NCBI GenBank assembly: GCA_046350795.1 | Contig: JAXLZT010000001.1 | Span: forward strand, 181,780-245,779 | DNA from: Minisyncoccota bacterium | Lineage (GTDB): Bacteria > Patescibacteriota > Minisyncoccia > Phycocordibacterales > CALRHW01 | Direction of reading: 5' to 3' | Length of the DNA: 64,000 bases | In this document: positions 1 to 8,352 of the stretch, in pieces | Layout: each line of letters begins with the position of its first letter | Position numbering within the stretch: the stretch's first letter is position 1 | The notes under the pieces: model-generated | What the model was told of the DNA's origin: nothing | Seen by the model: the letters and a program-made list of their open reading frames with translations, nothing else | Database searches by the model: none | Program-made: the position numbers and the translations under genes

Positions 1-940
1 CCTCCATCATTTCTTGCATTTTGTAGTCTAGTGTTGTGATTACTTTAAAACCGCCCTCTTCTAGCACCCCAACACCATATTTTTTTTCAAGCAAATCTTT
101 TACAAACATTACAAAGTGTGGAGCTTTTATTTTGCCGTCTTCTTGTGGTTTAAATATTACCACCTCATTTTTTGCCTTTTCATATTCTTCTTGTGTAATA
201 TATTTATCTTCAAGCATTTCTTTTAACACAAGATTTTTTCTTTCGTCCAACGCGGGTCTGTTGCGGTATGGTGAATAATACGTCGGTGCTTTTGGTAGGG
301 AGGCTAGATATGCTGATTCAGCTATGGTAACGTCAGAAGCTTTCTTACCAAAAAAAGCGTTACTTGCTTCTTCTACACCATAAATACTTCCGCCGTATGG
401 GATTTCATTTAGATACATAGAGAAAATCTGATCTTTTGTCAGTATTTTTTCTAGTTTTATAGCAAGCACCCATTCTTTTACTTTTCTAGTAATACTTTTT
501 TCTCCAGTCAAAAGAGAGTTTTTTACTACTTGTTGTGTAATGGTGGATCCTCCTTGGCTAAACTGTTGGGTTTTTAGGTTTGCAAATACCGCTCGCAGAA
601 AAGAAGATGGTTTTACACCGCTGTGAGTATAAAAATCTTTGTCTTCTATAGAAAGGGTTGCGTTTTTTATGTGTTTTGAGATTTGATCAAACGGTACGAC
701 TGTTCTTTTTATGTTTTGAAATACGTCATAAAGGAGTATTTCTCCTGTGCGGTCATATATTTTTGTTGATTGAGAAACCCTCCTTTCTTGGAATGAATCA
801 AGTGTTGGGAGTTGAAAAGTAGAGATCCAAAAAATAAATATGGATATTGATATTATACCAATGCAAAAACAAAAAATAATAAAATTTTTTATGCCACTTT
901 TTTTAAGGAAACGTTTTAGTGGCCCGTAGCCCTTTTTCAT
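1..940 (-). CDS. Class A penicillin-binding protein (PBP1A-type), N-terminal part with glycosyltransferase family 51 domain; gene runs off the window start (C-terminus missing)
   Basis: Own translation of minus strand from ATG at 938-940: MKKGYGPLKRFLKKSGIKNFIIFCFCIGIISI(TM)...KIYDRTGEILLYDV...GGSTITQQVVKN...; GGSTITQQ is the GT51 transglycosylase signature; frame open to position 1. Not in ORF track because no stop in window. Confidence 0.7.
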   Translation of the reverse strand, partial: MKKGYGPLKRFLKKSGIKNFIIFCFCIGIISISIFIFWISTFQLPTLDSFQERRVSQSTKIYDRTGEILLYDVFQNIKRTVVPFDQISKHIKNATLSIEDKDFYTHSGVKPSSFLRAVFANLKTQQFSQGGSTITQQVVKNSLLTGEKSITRKVKEWVLAIKLEKILTKDQIFSMYLNEIPYGGSIYGVEEASNAFFGKKASDVTIAESAYLASLPKAPTYYSPYRNRPALDERKNLVLKEMLEDKYITQEEYEKAKNEVVIFKPQEDGKIKAPHFVMFVKDLLEKKYGVGVLEEGGFKVITTLDYKMQEMME

Positions 941-1026
941 AAGACTTAATTTTATCATATTGTGATGAATATTGCGGATAGGGTATACGAATACCAAAAA
1001 CAAAGCAACTGTGGTAAATTAACAGC

Positions 1027-2250
1027 ATGATAATAAATCCATTTAAATCCAAACAAGCATCTGTAGATCCAGAATTAGTGCGTAATGTTATTACCCGTGG
1101 TGTAGAGGATGTTTTTGTAAAAGAGTCTTTGGAAAAGAAGCTTCTTTCCGGTAAACCATTACGAATAAAGCTAGGTTTTGATCCAACTGGTAGCAATATA
1201 CATATAGGTAGGGCAGTAATTTTGCGTAAATTGCGAGCTTTCCAAGACCTTGGGCACAAAATTGTGTTTATTGTTGGTGATTTTACTGCGCAGATAGGTG
1301 ATCCGTCAGACAAGCTCGACAAAAGACCAATGATTTCAAAAGAAACAATAAATAAAAATTTAAAAAACTATAAAAAGCAGGTCGGTAAAATAATAAACCT
1401 ACGAAAAGCAGAGTTTCATTATAATAGTGCATGGCTTGCCAAGCTTCGTTTTCAAGAAATTACAGAACTTGCGGAAAGTTTTTCTGTACAGCAGATGTTG
1501 GCACGGCGCAATTTTAAAGAGCGCTCAGAACGTGGCGAAGAAATATCCTTGCGCGAGTTTATGTATCCTTTGATGCAGGGCTATGATTCTGTTATGGTCA
1601 ATTCTGATGTGGAAATAGGTGGGTTTGACCAACTTTTCAACTTAAAAGCTGGTCGTGCTGTGCAGAGACACTACGGAATGGCAGAGCAAGACGTGCTCAC
1701 CGTGCAAATGCTTGAGGGTACAGATGGTCGCAAGATGTCTACTAGTTGGGGAAACGTCATAAATATAACAGATGAACCAAACGATATGTTTGGCAAGATA
1801 ATGTCTATACGCGACAACCTTATTTCAAAATATTTTCTTCTTTGTACCGACATGCCCGAAGCAGAAATAAATGCAATAGAAAAAAGTTTTGAGATGGGAT
1901 CAAATCCTCGTGATGCAAAAATGAAACTAGCTACAGAAATAGTGACTATATATCATGGAAAAGAAAAAGCAGAAAAAGCCAAGCAGGCCTTTGTAGACAC
2001 TTTTCAGAAGGGTGTTGTACCAGAAGATGTAATGGAAATAGGTCTTGCACCCAACACTGTTTTTGCTGATGCACTTTTATCCAACGGGATTATAAAATCA
2101 AAATCAGAATTTAGGCGTCTGGTAGAGGAGGGGGCTGTACAAGATATGAACGATAACACAAAAGTTGTTGATCCAAATTTTAAAGTATGGAAAGACGCAA
2201 CATTTAAGGTTGGTAAAAGACGTTTTGTAAAAATAAAAATACAAGCCTAG
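1027..2250 (+). CDS. tyrS: Tyrosyl-tRNA synthetase (class I aaRS, KMSKS variant KMSTS, C-terminal S4-like domain)
   Basis: 407 aa; GFDPTGSNIHIGRAV (HIGH-type motif), KMSTSWGN (KMSKS), C-terminal FRRLVEEGAVQDM S4-like tail; length fits TyrS not TrpS. Confidence 0.8.
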   Translation: MIINPFKSKQASVDPELVRNVITRGVEDVFVKESLEKKLLSGKPLRIKLGFDPTGSNIHIGRAVILRKLRAFQDLGHKIVFIVGDFTAQIGDPSDKLDKRPMISKETINKNLKNYKKQVGKIINLRKAEFHYNSAWLAKLRFQEITELAESFSVQQMLARRNFKERSERGEEISLREFMYPLMQGYDSVMVNSDVEIGGFDQLFNLKAGRAVQRHYGMAEQDVLTVQMLEGTDGRKMSTSWGNVINITDEPNDMFGKIMSIRDNLISKYFLLCTDMPEAEINAIEKSFEMGSNPRDAKMKLATEIVTIYHGKEKAEKAKQAFVDTFQKGVVPEDVMEIGLAPNTVFADALLSNGIIKSKSEFRRLVEEGAVQDMNDNTKVVDPNFKVWKDATFKVGKRRFVKIKIQA

Positions 2251-2263
2251 TTGGGGCTAGGTA

Positions 2264-2294
2264 TAAAAAAACGGCCCGTGGCCGTTTTTTTATT
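2264..2294. terminator. Rho-independent terminator hairpin (ACGGCC-CGT-GGCCGT) flanked by A-run and T-run; likely bidirectional between tyrS and a small minus-strand ORF
   Basis: aaaaaacggcccgtggccgttttttta seen directly after tyrS stop. Confidence 0.7.
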
Positions 2295-2296
2295 TA

Positions 2297-2416
2297 TTAC
2301 ATAGCTTCGTCCTCGTCTCCAACCATCTCATCATCTGGCATAGCACCATCCACCGCTTCCTCATCCATTTCTTCATCGTCTACTATTGGCATAACATCAT
2401 CGTTTAAATCGTCCAT
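2297..2416 (-). CDS. Possible 39-aa highly acidic small protein (MDDLNDDVMPIVDDEEMDEEAVDGAMPDDEMVGDEDEAM)
   Basis: Own minus-strand translation, ATG 2414-2416 to TAA 2297-2299; below ORF-track length cutoff; no clear SD; could be non-coding. Confidence 0.25.
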   Translation of the reverse strand: MDDLNDDVMPIVDDEEMDEEAVDGAMPDDEMVGDEDEAM

Positions 2417-2551
2417 GTTTTTATCAAATTATTTTTTAATCAGTCTGGTCGTTTTTATATTTTGACCTTAGACCCACTATTTGTATCAAATACCAAAATT
2501 TTTGCAAACTTTTTCTTTATATTTTGTGGATAACACCTTTATCTGTATATA

Positions 2552-3046
2552 TCAGACAAATCTTTTTGATGCTATATGGGTCAGACCTGTTGCGATAGCG
2601 TCAAACTCATCGTCTATTTTTGTTTTTTCTGGTGTTTTTATTAGTCTTTTTACCATGGCGATAACTTGATTTTTTGTACTCTTTCCATAACCAGTCACAG
2701 CTATTTTTATTTCCACTGGTTTATATTCATATACATTGAGATTTTTTAACGATCCTTCGTATATGATGACACCACGTGCTTCAGACACCTTCATCGCCGT
2801 CTTTTGGTTGCCACTAAAAAAGAGCTCCTCTATAGCCATATCAGTTGGTTCATATTTTTCTATCACTTTTTTTATTTCTTGACCGAGTAGGGCTAGTCTT
2901 TTTTCGTGACTTAGCTTGGCTGATGTCTTAAAGCATTCAGAAAAAACAAGCTCTTCTTTTGCTCCACCACTTTTTTCTATTATTGCTATACCCAAGCGTT
3001 CATATCCTGGGTCGACAGCTATGACACGAATATTTTTATTCTGCAT
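2552..3046 (-). CDS. ruvC: Crossover junction endodeoxyribonuclease RuvC
   Basis: 164 aa; IRVIAVDPGYERLGIAIIE N-terminus typical of RuvC RNase-H fold. Confidence 0.85.
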   Translation of the reverse strand: MQNKNIRVIAVDPGYERLGIAIIEKSGGAKEELVFSECFKTSAKLSHEKRLALLGQEIKKVIEKYEPTDMAIEELFFSGNQKTAMKVSEARGVIIYEGSLKNLNVYEYKPVEIKIAVTGYGKSTKNQVIAMVKRLIKTPEKTKIDDEFDAIATGLTHIASKRFV

Positions 3047-3563
3047 TTGTGTATACTCCCTGCACCTCGTCGTTTTCCTCGAGTTCGTTTATGAGTTTTT
3101 CTAGTAAAGCACCGTCTTCTTCTGAGATGGGCACAGTGGTCTTTGGGATCCATTCTCCGGCGGTTTTTTCAAAAGCCCAGGTTGCTGCACCAATACCTGC
3201 CAACTCAAAACCATTTAGGGAAAGTATGTGTTTTATTTCTTGAGCAGCTTTATTTCTATTGTCTGTGAGCGCGTCTATCACGAGCGCGCATCCGCCGGGA
3301 CCGTAGCTTTCATATGTTATTGATTCTAGATCGGTTGCTTGTGTTGTTGCTTTTTTTATCGCTCGCTCTATATTTTCATTTGGCATATTTTCGGCCTTTG
3401 CTCGATCGATAGCCGCTTTGAGAGCGGGTGAATTTACGTTTCCGCCACTTTTTTTGGCTTCTTGTGTGATTATTTTTGCAAACTTTGAAAAGACCTTACT
3501 TTTTTGAGCATCAGTCTTTGCTTTTTGTCTTTTTATCTGTGACCATTTATTATGTCCTGCCAT
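3036..3563 (-). CDS. YebC/PmpR-family probable transcriptional regulator, short form (175 aa)
   Basis: MAGHNKWSQIKRQKAKTDAQKSKVFSKFAKII... and C-terminal ...DEVQGVYTNAE are YebC hallmarks; about 70 aa shorter than E. coli YebC (one sub-domain apparently absent); 11-bp overlap with ruvC start. Confidence 0.8.
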   Translation of the reverse strand: MAGHNKWSQIKRQKAKTDAQKSKVFSKFAKIITQEAKKSGGNVNSPALKAAIDRAKAENMPNENIERAIKKATTQATDLESITYESYGPGGCALVIDALTDNRNKAAQEIKHILSLNGFELAGIGAATWAFEKTAGEWIPKTTVPISEEDGALLEKLINELEENDEVQGVYTNAE

Positions 3564-3587
3564 TTTTTTCTGTATTATTTGCCCGCC

Positions 3588-4637
3588 TTATAATAATTTC
3601 TTTGTCTTACCCCCTGGACCTTTTGCATCTATATGCAAATATCCCGCATCAGTGAGCATCCTACCACGCGGTGTTCTTTCTAAAAATCCAACCTGCAGTA
3701 GATATGGTTCATTAAACTCTTCTATTGTGGCTTGCTCTTCTGATAGTGCGGCCGCAAGAGTGTTGAGGCCCACCGGTCCACCCTTAAACTTGTTTGCAAT
3801 GATTTCTAGTATAGCTCTATCTGAAGGAGAAAGACCTACTTCGTCTATGCCTAGTAGAGATAAAGCTTTGTCCACCATTTCTTTTGTTAGAGATTGTTTG
3901 TGTACTTGGGCAAAATCACGGCAACGCTTGAGAAAATAGTTTGCTGTACGCGGTGTAAACCTGCTTCTTTTTGCAATTTCTTTTACAGCACCATCTTCTA
4001 TTTTTATACCAAGTATTTTTGCCGATCGGCGTACGATTTCTTCTATTTCTTCTTGGCTGTAATACTCGAGTCGGAAAATTCCTCCGGAAAAACGTGATCG
4101 AAGTGGGGAAGATATGAGAGCTACACGAGTAGTAGCAGATATGAGCGTAAAGAGGGGTAGCTCTAGCTGTATGGTGCGCGCAGACGGACCCTTGCCTATG
4201 ATGATGTCTAGTACGCCAGACTCCATCGCAGGATAGAGCACTTCCTCAATGGTTTTGTTGAGGCGATGTATTTCGTCTATAAAAAGAATGTCGCCATGAG
4301 AAAGATTTGTAAGTATAGATGCAAGGTCGCCTATTTTTTCTATAGCTGGTCCAGAAGTGATCTTTATCTGTGCACCGATCTCTTTTGCAATGAGGTGGGC
4401 GAGAGTGGTTTTGCCGAGACCTGGTGGGCCATAAAAAAGAATGTGTTCCGGTGGGTGATTGCGTTCGCGGGCGGCGGTAAGCAGGATGTGTAGGTTGTCT
4501 TTTATGTTTTTTTGCCCGATGTACTCATGCCACTTTGATGGACGCAGTGTCTGATCTAGGGAAGCGAGATCTTTTTCGCTGTTTTCAGAGTTTTCTTCGG
4601 CTGTTGGGGTATTTTTTTTGGCAGAAGTCTTTTTCAT
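3588..4637 (-). CDS. ruvB: Holliday junction branch-migration helicase RuvB
   Basis: Walker A LFYGPPGLGKTTLAHLIAKE, AAA+ sensor motifs; start placed at MKKTSAKK (ATG 4635-4637) rather than the upstream in-frame Met at 4688. Confidence 0.9.
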   Translation of the reverse strand: MKKTSAKKNTPTAEENSENSEKDLASLDQTLRPSKWHEYIGQKNIKDNLHILLTAARERNHPPEHILFYGPPGLGKTTLAHLIAKEIGAQIKITSGPAIEKIGDLASILTNLSHGDILFIDEIHRLNKTIEEVLYPAMESGVLDIIIGKGPSARTIQLELPLFTLISATTRVALISSPLRSRFSGGIFRLEYYSQEEIEEIVRRSAKILGIKIEDGAVKEIAKRSRFTPRTANYFLKRCRDFAQVHKQSLTKEMVDKALSLLGIDEVGLSPSDRAILEIIANKFKGGPVGLNTLAAALSEEQATIEEFNEPYLLQVGFLERTPRGRMLTDAGYLHIDAKGPGGKTKKLL

Positions 4638-4809
4638 AGCCTCATTATATACAAAAACAACACATAGCCATACACACTTGACACACATACATTTATATGC
4701 TAAGCTATTGTTGTCTTTGAAATAAAAGGGGAATTGGGAAACGCCAAGGCGAAAAGGCCTTGATTTTTATTGCCACTTATATAATATAGGTGGCCTGCGT
4801 TTCTTTGAG

Positions 4810-4978
4810 GATCCAAGATATAAATCTCTAAACAACGAAGCCCTTGTGGCTTAGTAGTATCTCTTCGGAGGACATTCTGGTTATCACCTTGTGTGATTTG
4901 CTGGGGTTATCCTTTGGGAAATATTTAACTTTTGGTACGAATATTAAAAGTGTTGTTTAGAGATTTATGCCTTGGATC
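4810..4978. ncRNA. Candidate structured ncRNA: 169-nt element closed by a 27-bp inverted repeat (2 mismatches) with internal UUCG-type hairpin; class unknown (6S-like?); alternative: MITE-like element
   Basis: gatccaagatataaatctctaaacaac (4810-4836) pairs with gttgtttagagatttatgccttggatc (4952-4978); sits in a 380-bp gene-free gap between pilB and ruvB with no ORF on either strand. Confidence 0.35.
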
Positions 4979-5071
4979 TTTTCGTAACTTTCTTTACATA
5001 ATTATTCACACGGTGGGTCTTTTTACAAGATTGTAAATTTTTAAAACTGTTTCTTAATGTGTGGTCTATGT

Positions 5072-6751
5072 TTATCGTTCCTCTTCTAGATCTATTACGC
5101 GCTGTAATTCGTCCATAGAGGTCATACCTTGAAGTATTTTTATTATTCCATCCTGTTGCATATCTAGTATATGTTGTGGTACAGCTGCTTTTTTTATCTC
5201 GCGCTCGCTAGGATTTTCTTGGACGATTTTTTCTATATTTTGATCTGTAAGGATGGCTTCATATACACCCACGCGCCCTTTGTATCCAGTAAAATTACAC
5301 TTGGTGCATCCTTTTGCCTCCCAAATCATGTTTGGATTTAGGCCTTCTAGGTAGGTTTTGTCTTCAATGCTGTTTACTATCCTATCTAGATTGATTTTTT
5401 CTTGTTCTGTAGGAGCACGCTGTCCTTTGCAGTCTGTGCAGAGCTTGCGCACAAGTCTTTGGGCCATACAGACACTGATCGCTGAGGTAATAACCTTTGG
5501 ATTTACTCCTAGGTCTATTAGGCGAGGGAAAGCGCCCGCTGCGTTGTTGGTATGAAGTGTAGAAAATACCAAATGTCCTGTGAGGGCAGCGTTGATGGCT
5601 ATCTCAGCTGTTTCATTGTCGCGGATTTCTCCCACCATTATCACATCTGGATCTTGGCGTAGAGCAGAGCGTAGACCCTCGAGGAAAGTATAGCCGTCGT
5701 CGTTGGTTTGTGTTTGCACGATGCCGGGTAGGTGATACTCGATCGGATTTTCAATCGTAATTATTTTTATGTCTGGTGAATGAATTTTTTTCAAAAAAGC
5801 ATATAAGGTGGTGGTTTTTCCAGATCCAGTCGGTCCAGTGTTGAGTATCATGCCGTTTGGTTTTGAAATTGCATTTTGTAATACAGTAAGCAGGCGAGGA
5901 TGTATACCCAAATCTTCTAATGGTACAGAGATTGCTTTTGGATTAAGTACGCGAAGCACGATAGAGTCATTGTATGCTCCGGGCAGTAGGGATGTACGAA
6001 TTTCTATTTCATCATCATTTACTTTTATGCTAAATCTTCCGTCTTGAGCTTTTCCTCGGACGTTTAGTTTTAGGTTTGAAAGAAGTTTTAGTCGAGAAAG
6101 GATGAGATTGTAAGTCTCTGTATCAAAACGGACGATGTCTGTGAGCACGCCGTCTAGTCTATATCTTAGGCGTACGTAGTTTTCCTCTGGCTCGAGATGT
6201 ATGTCTGATGCTTTGTTGGAAAGTGCACCAGCGAGCATTGTTTCTAGTATTCTAGAAATACGATAGGCTTTTTTACCACCGATATTTTCTTCTAATATTT
6301 TTTTTAAATCATCTAGTGTGGTTACTTTCTCCAAAAGCTCCAATATTCCTTCATTGGAAATATCAAGCGCACCACCCTTTGTTTCCATAGACATGGAAAG
6401 ATCTTTGTATCTATCCCATACTTTTTTTAAACTCTCTGGAGAGACAAGGTATGTGATCAGTGTATAACCTCTTTTTTGTAGTGATTCTAGCGCTGTTTTT
6501 GTTTTTTCTGTAGAAGGAGAAAGGAGGCCGACATGAATTTTTTTATCTACTATATTAAACACAGCTATTTTTGCATCGAGGGCCTCTGTCTCTTTTATGA
6601 CACGCAATGCGTCTATATTTATAGGTACTACTGAGAGGTCTAGATAGGGAATGCCATATTTTTCTGAGAGAGTTTGGGTGAGAATTTCTGCTTCGCGTCT
6701 TTTTAGCTCTTCGACGCGAGCGTTTTGTTTTTCTTCGTTAAATTCAACCAT
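5072..6751 (-). CDS. pilB: Type IV pilus assembly / type II secretion ATPase (PilB/GspE family)
   Basis: 559 aa; Walker A LNTGPTGSGKTTTLYAFL, GspE N-terminal domain, C-terminal CxxC...CxxC zinc motif (CTDCKGQ...CTKCNFTGY). Confidence 0.85.
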   Translation of the reverse strand: MVEFNEEKQNARVEELKRREAEILTQTLSEKYGIPYLDLSVVPINIDALRVIKETEALDAKIAVFNIVDKKIHVGLLSPSTEKTKTALESLQKRGYTLITYLVSPESLKKVWDRYKDLSMSMETKGGALDISNEGILELLEKVTTLDDLKKILEENIGGKKAYRISRILETMLAGALSNKASDIHLEPEENYVRLRYRLDGVLTDIVRFDTETYNLILSRLKLLSNLKLNVRGKAQDGRFSIKVNDDEIEIRTSLLPGAYNDSIVLRVLNPKAISVPLEDLGIHPRLLTVLQNAISKPNGMILNTGPTGSGKTTTLYAFLKKIHSPDIKIITIENPIEYHLPGIVQTQTNDDGYTFLEGLRSALRQDPDVIMVGEIRDNETAEIAINAALTGHLVFSTLHTNNAAGAFPRLIDLGVNPKVITSAISVCMAQRLVRKLCTDCKGQRAPTEQEKINLDRIVNSIEDKTYLEGLNPNMIWEAKGCTKCNFTGYKGRVGVYEAILTDQNIEKIVQENPSEREIKKAAVPQHILDMQQDGIIKILQGMTSMDELQRVIDLEEER

Positions 6752-6824
6752 ATGTAGACTTTATACTAGCATTTTCAGCATTTTTTAAACATATATCTCT
6801 GGGGAAATGGGGGTCTTGTTAGGG

Positions 6825-6853
6825 TTGACTTGTGGTGTCTGTTGTGATATAAT
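6825..6853 (+). promoter_or_regulatory. Near-consensus sigma70-type promoter TTGACT-N17-TATAAT upstream of the GC-rich lipoprotein gene
   Basis: ttgact (6825-6830), 17-nt spacer, tataat (6848-6853) read directly. Confidence 0.5.
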
Positions 6854-6954
6854 TGTAGTAGATTCAGAGATGACGGGGTGCGGAGCGTTTCCAAACCCCT
6901 TTGCATGTATTCCGTGTCTTGCGCTTTGTTGCGCAAACTTCCGAAAGGCAAGCT

Positions 6955-7764
6955 ATGAACAAGCTCTTTGCAATGTTGTCTGTGGTGGCCGTCGCTGTGA
7001 CGGTCATCGTGCTTGGTGGTTGTGGTACCACACGCGAGGTCTACCTCGTGGATGGTCGGGAGTTCAGTGTTGAGGAGTTCAGGGCTTACCGTCTTGAGCA
7101 TCCCCACATCGCTACGCCGGTGGTCGTGGTCGAGAGGCCTGCATCGCCGGTGTACAACCCCCCCAGCTATCGCTGGAACGATGGATCGGTGCATGATGTG
7201 CCGGAGGTGAGTCTGGCAGATGAGATGGCAAAGATGAAGGATCGTGACCTCAATGGTCCCGGTGTCGACTACTTTGCGGAGACTGTCGTCGTGCAGTCAA
7301 ATGACGGCACCCCCGCAGGCGAGCTCACCTACATCGGCACTGGGCCAAACTTCATTCCGCCGGCGGGCATCGGCTCGGGCTTCAAGTACGTCATTGTGGT
7401 GCCTCGTGGCACTACGGTGGTGCGGGATGTCCGATTCTGTAATCCGCGTCGCCCCCACCTTTTGTCTGGTGTTGTGGGAGTTGGTGAATACCACTTCTAC
7501 GGCACCAACCATGACTACTGGGGACCGGATTGGGGTGGGGGTTACTCCTACTCCAGCCAGGCTCACTTCGGCGTCGGTGGTGGGATCTTGATTGAGTCTG
7601 GACTCAACGATTCGTACTACCGTAACAGGACTTTCTCATGGTCCTACCGCCAGAATGACAATTGCGACAACGATCGCAATGTCGGCGGCAATCGCCGTGG
7701 TGGTGGCCAAAATGGTCCCAGCAACAGCGGCATGCGCCGCTACGGCCCCATCTACAAGAAGTAG
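6955..7764 (+). CDS. Hypothetical lipoprotein (lipobox VLGGC), Gly/Asn/Arg-rich C-terminus; visibly GC-rich gene (foreign composition)
   Basis: Start at MNKLFAMLSVVAVAVTVIVLGGCGTT; GC3-rich codons (e.g. gtggtcgtggtcgagaggcctgcatcgccggtg) contrast with flanks; many overlapping spurious ORFs on other frames typical of GC-rich DNA. Confidence 0.6.
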   Translation: MNKLFAMLSVVAVAVTVIVLGGCGTTREVYLVDGREFSVEEFRAYRLEHPHIATPVVVVERPASPVYNPPSYRWNDGSVHDVPEVSLADEMAKMKDRDLNGPGVDYFAETVVVQSNDGTPAGELTYIGTGPNFIPPAGIGSGFKYVIVVPRGTTVVRDVRFCNPRRPHLLSGVVGVGEYHFYGTNHDYWGPDWGGGYSYSSQAHFGVGGGILIESGLNDSYYRNRTFSWSYRQNDNCDNDRNVGGNRRGGGQNGPSNSGMRRYGPIYKK

Positions 7765-7800
7765 GGGGATACAGAAAGACAGGGAGGAAAGACTCTCGTG

Positions 7801-7838
7801 GGCGCTGGTATCCGAAAGGAGACCAGCGCCTTTTCTTA
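7801..7838 (+). terminator. Rho-independent terminator (GGCGCTGGT...ACCAGCGCC + TTTTCTT)
   Basis: ggcgctggtatccgaaaggagaccagcgccttttctt immediately after lipoprotein stop. Confidence 0.7.
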
Positions 7839-7878
7839 TGCATTAATTTCCCATAAACTTTTGTGATAGTATGGTCGT

Positions 7879-8334
7879 ATGATGGTTACAAAAAGCCTTT
7901 TAGATACATATGCTCTTGCCTCAGATTTTGTAAATAATCTGTTAAAAATCTGTCAGATACCACCAGGAAAAGCGACAGTTGTTGGTCTATATGGTGATCT
8001 CGGCTCCGGCAAGACTGCTTTTGTGCAGGGTATGGCAAAAGCTCTGGGTGTGCACAATCAAGTAGTCAGTCCTACTTTTATATTACAAAAAAGATACGAG
8101 CTTGATCCAAAATTTCAACAGTGTTTTTTAAACTTAATTCATATAGATGCGTACAGGATGGAGTCGCCGGAAGAGCTGGCGCATATAAAATGGGAAGAGC
8201 TTTTAAAAGATCCACACAATCTGATTTGCATAGAATGGCCGGAAAGAGTTTATCAAGGAATGCCAACCGAGCACATACAAGTGGTGTGTACTTTTGTAGA
8301 TAAAGATATTCGTAAGTTTGATATTCATATGTAA
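7879..8334 (+). CDS. tsaE: tRNA threonylcarbamoyladenosine biosynthesis ATPase TsaE (YjeE)
   Basis: 151 aa; P-loop LYGDLGSGKTAFVQGMAKALGV...VSPTF typical of TsaE. Confidence 0.8.
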   Translation: MMVTKSLLDTYALASDFVNNLLKICQIPPGKATVVGLYGDLGSGKTAFVQGMAKALGVHNQVVSPTFILQKRYELDPKFQQCFLNLIHIDAYRMESPEELAHIKWEELLKDPHNLICIEWPERVYQGMPTEHIQVVCTFVDKDIRKFDIHM

Positions 8335-8352
8335 TGTAAAGAGTCGCGCCAA

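Noticed and set aside
36-278. 80-aa plus-strand ORF at window start
   Set aside because: Antisense to the PBP1A transglycosylase gene, which has strong GT51 motifs; low-complexity S/F-rich translation.
903-1322. 139-aa minus-strand ORF overlapping tyrS 5' region
   Set aside because: Overlaps the well-supported tyrS on the opposite strand and the PBP start; no domain signal.
4810-4978. Considered calling the 27-bp-inverted-repeat element a definite 6S RNA
   Set aside because: No recognisable conserved 6S, RNase P, tmRNA or SRP primary-sequence motifs by eye; a MITE remains an equally good explanation, so it is left as a candidate only.
6775-7856. Cluster of overlapping ORFs on several frames (6775-7194 minus, 7013-7210, 7244-7591, 7297-7566 minus, 7592-7846, 7604-7843 minus, 7662-7856)
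   Set aside because: Typical open-frame artefacts of GC-rich DNA; the lipoprotein frame (6955-7764) has a signal peptide/lipobox, a promoter and a terminator.
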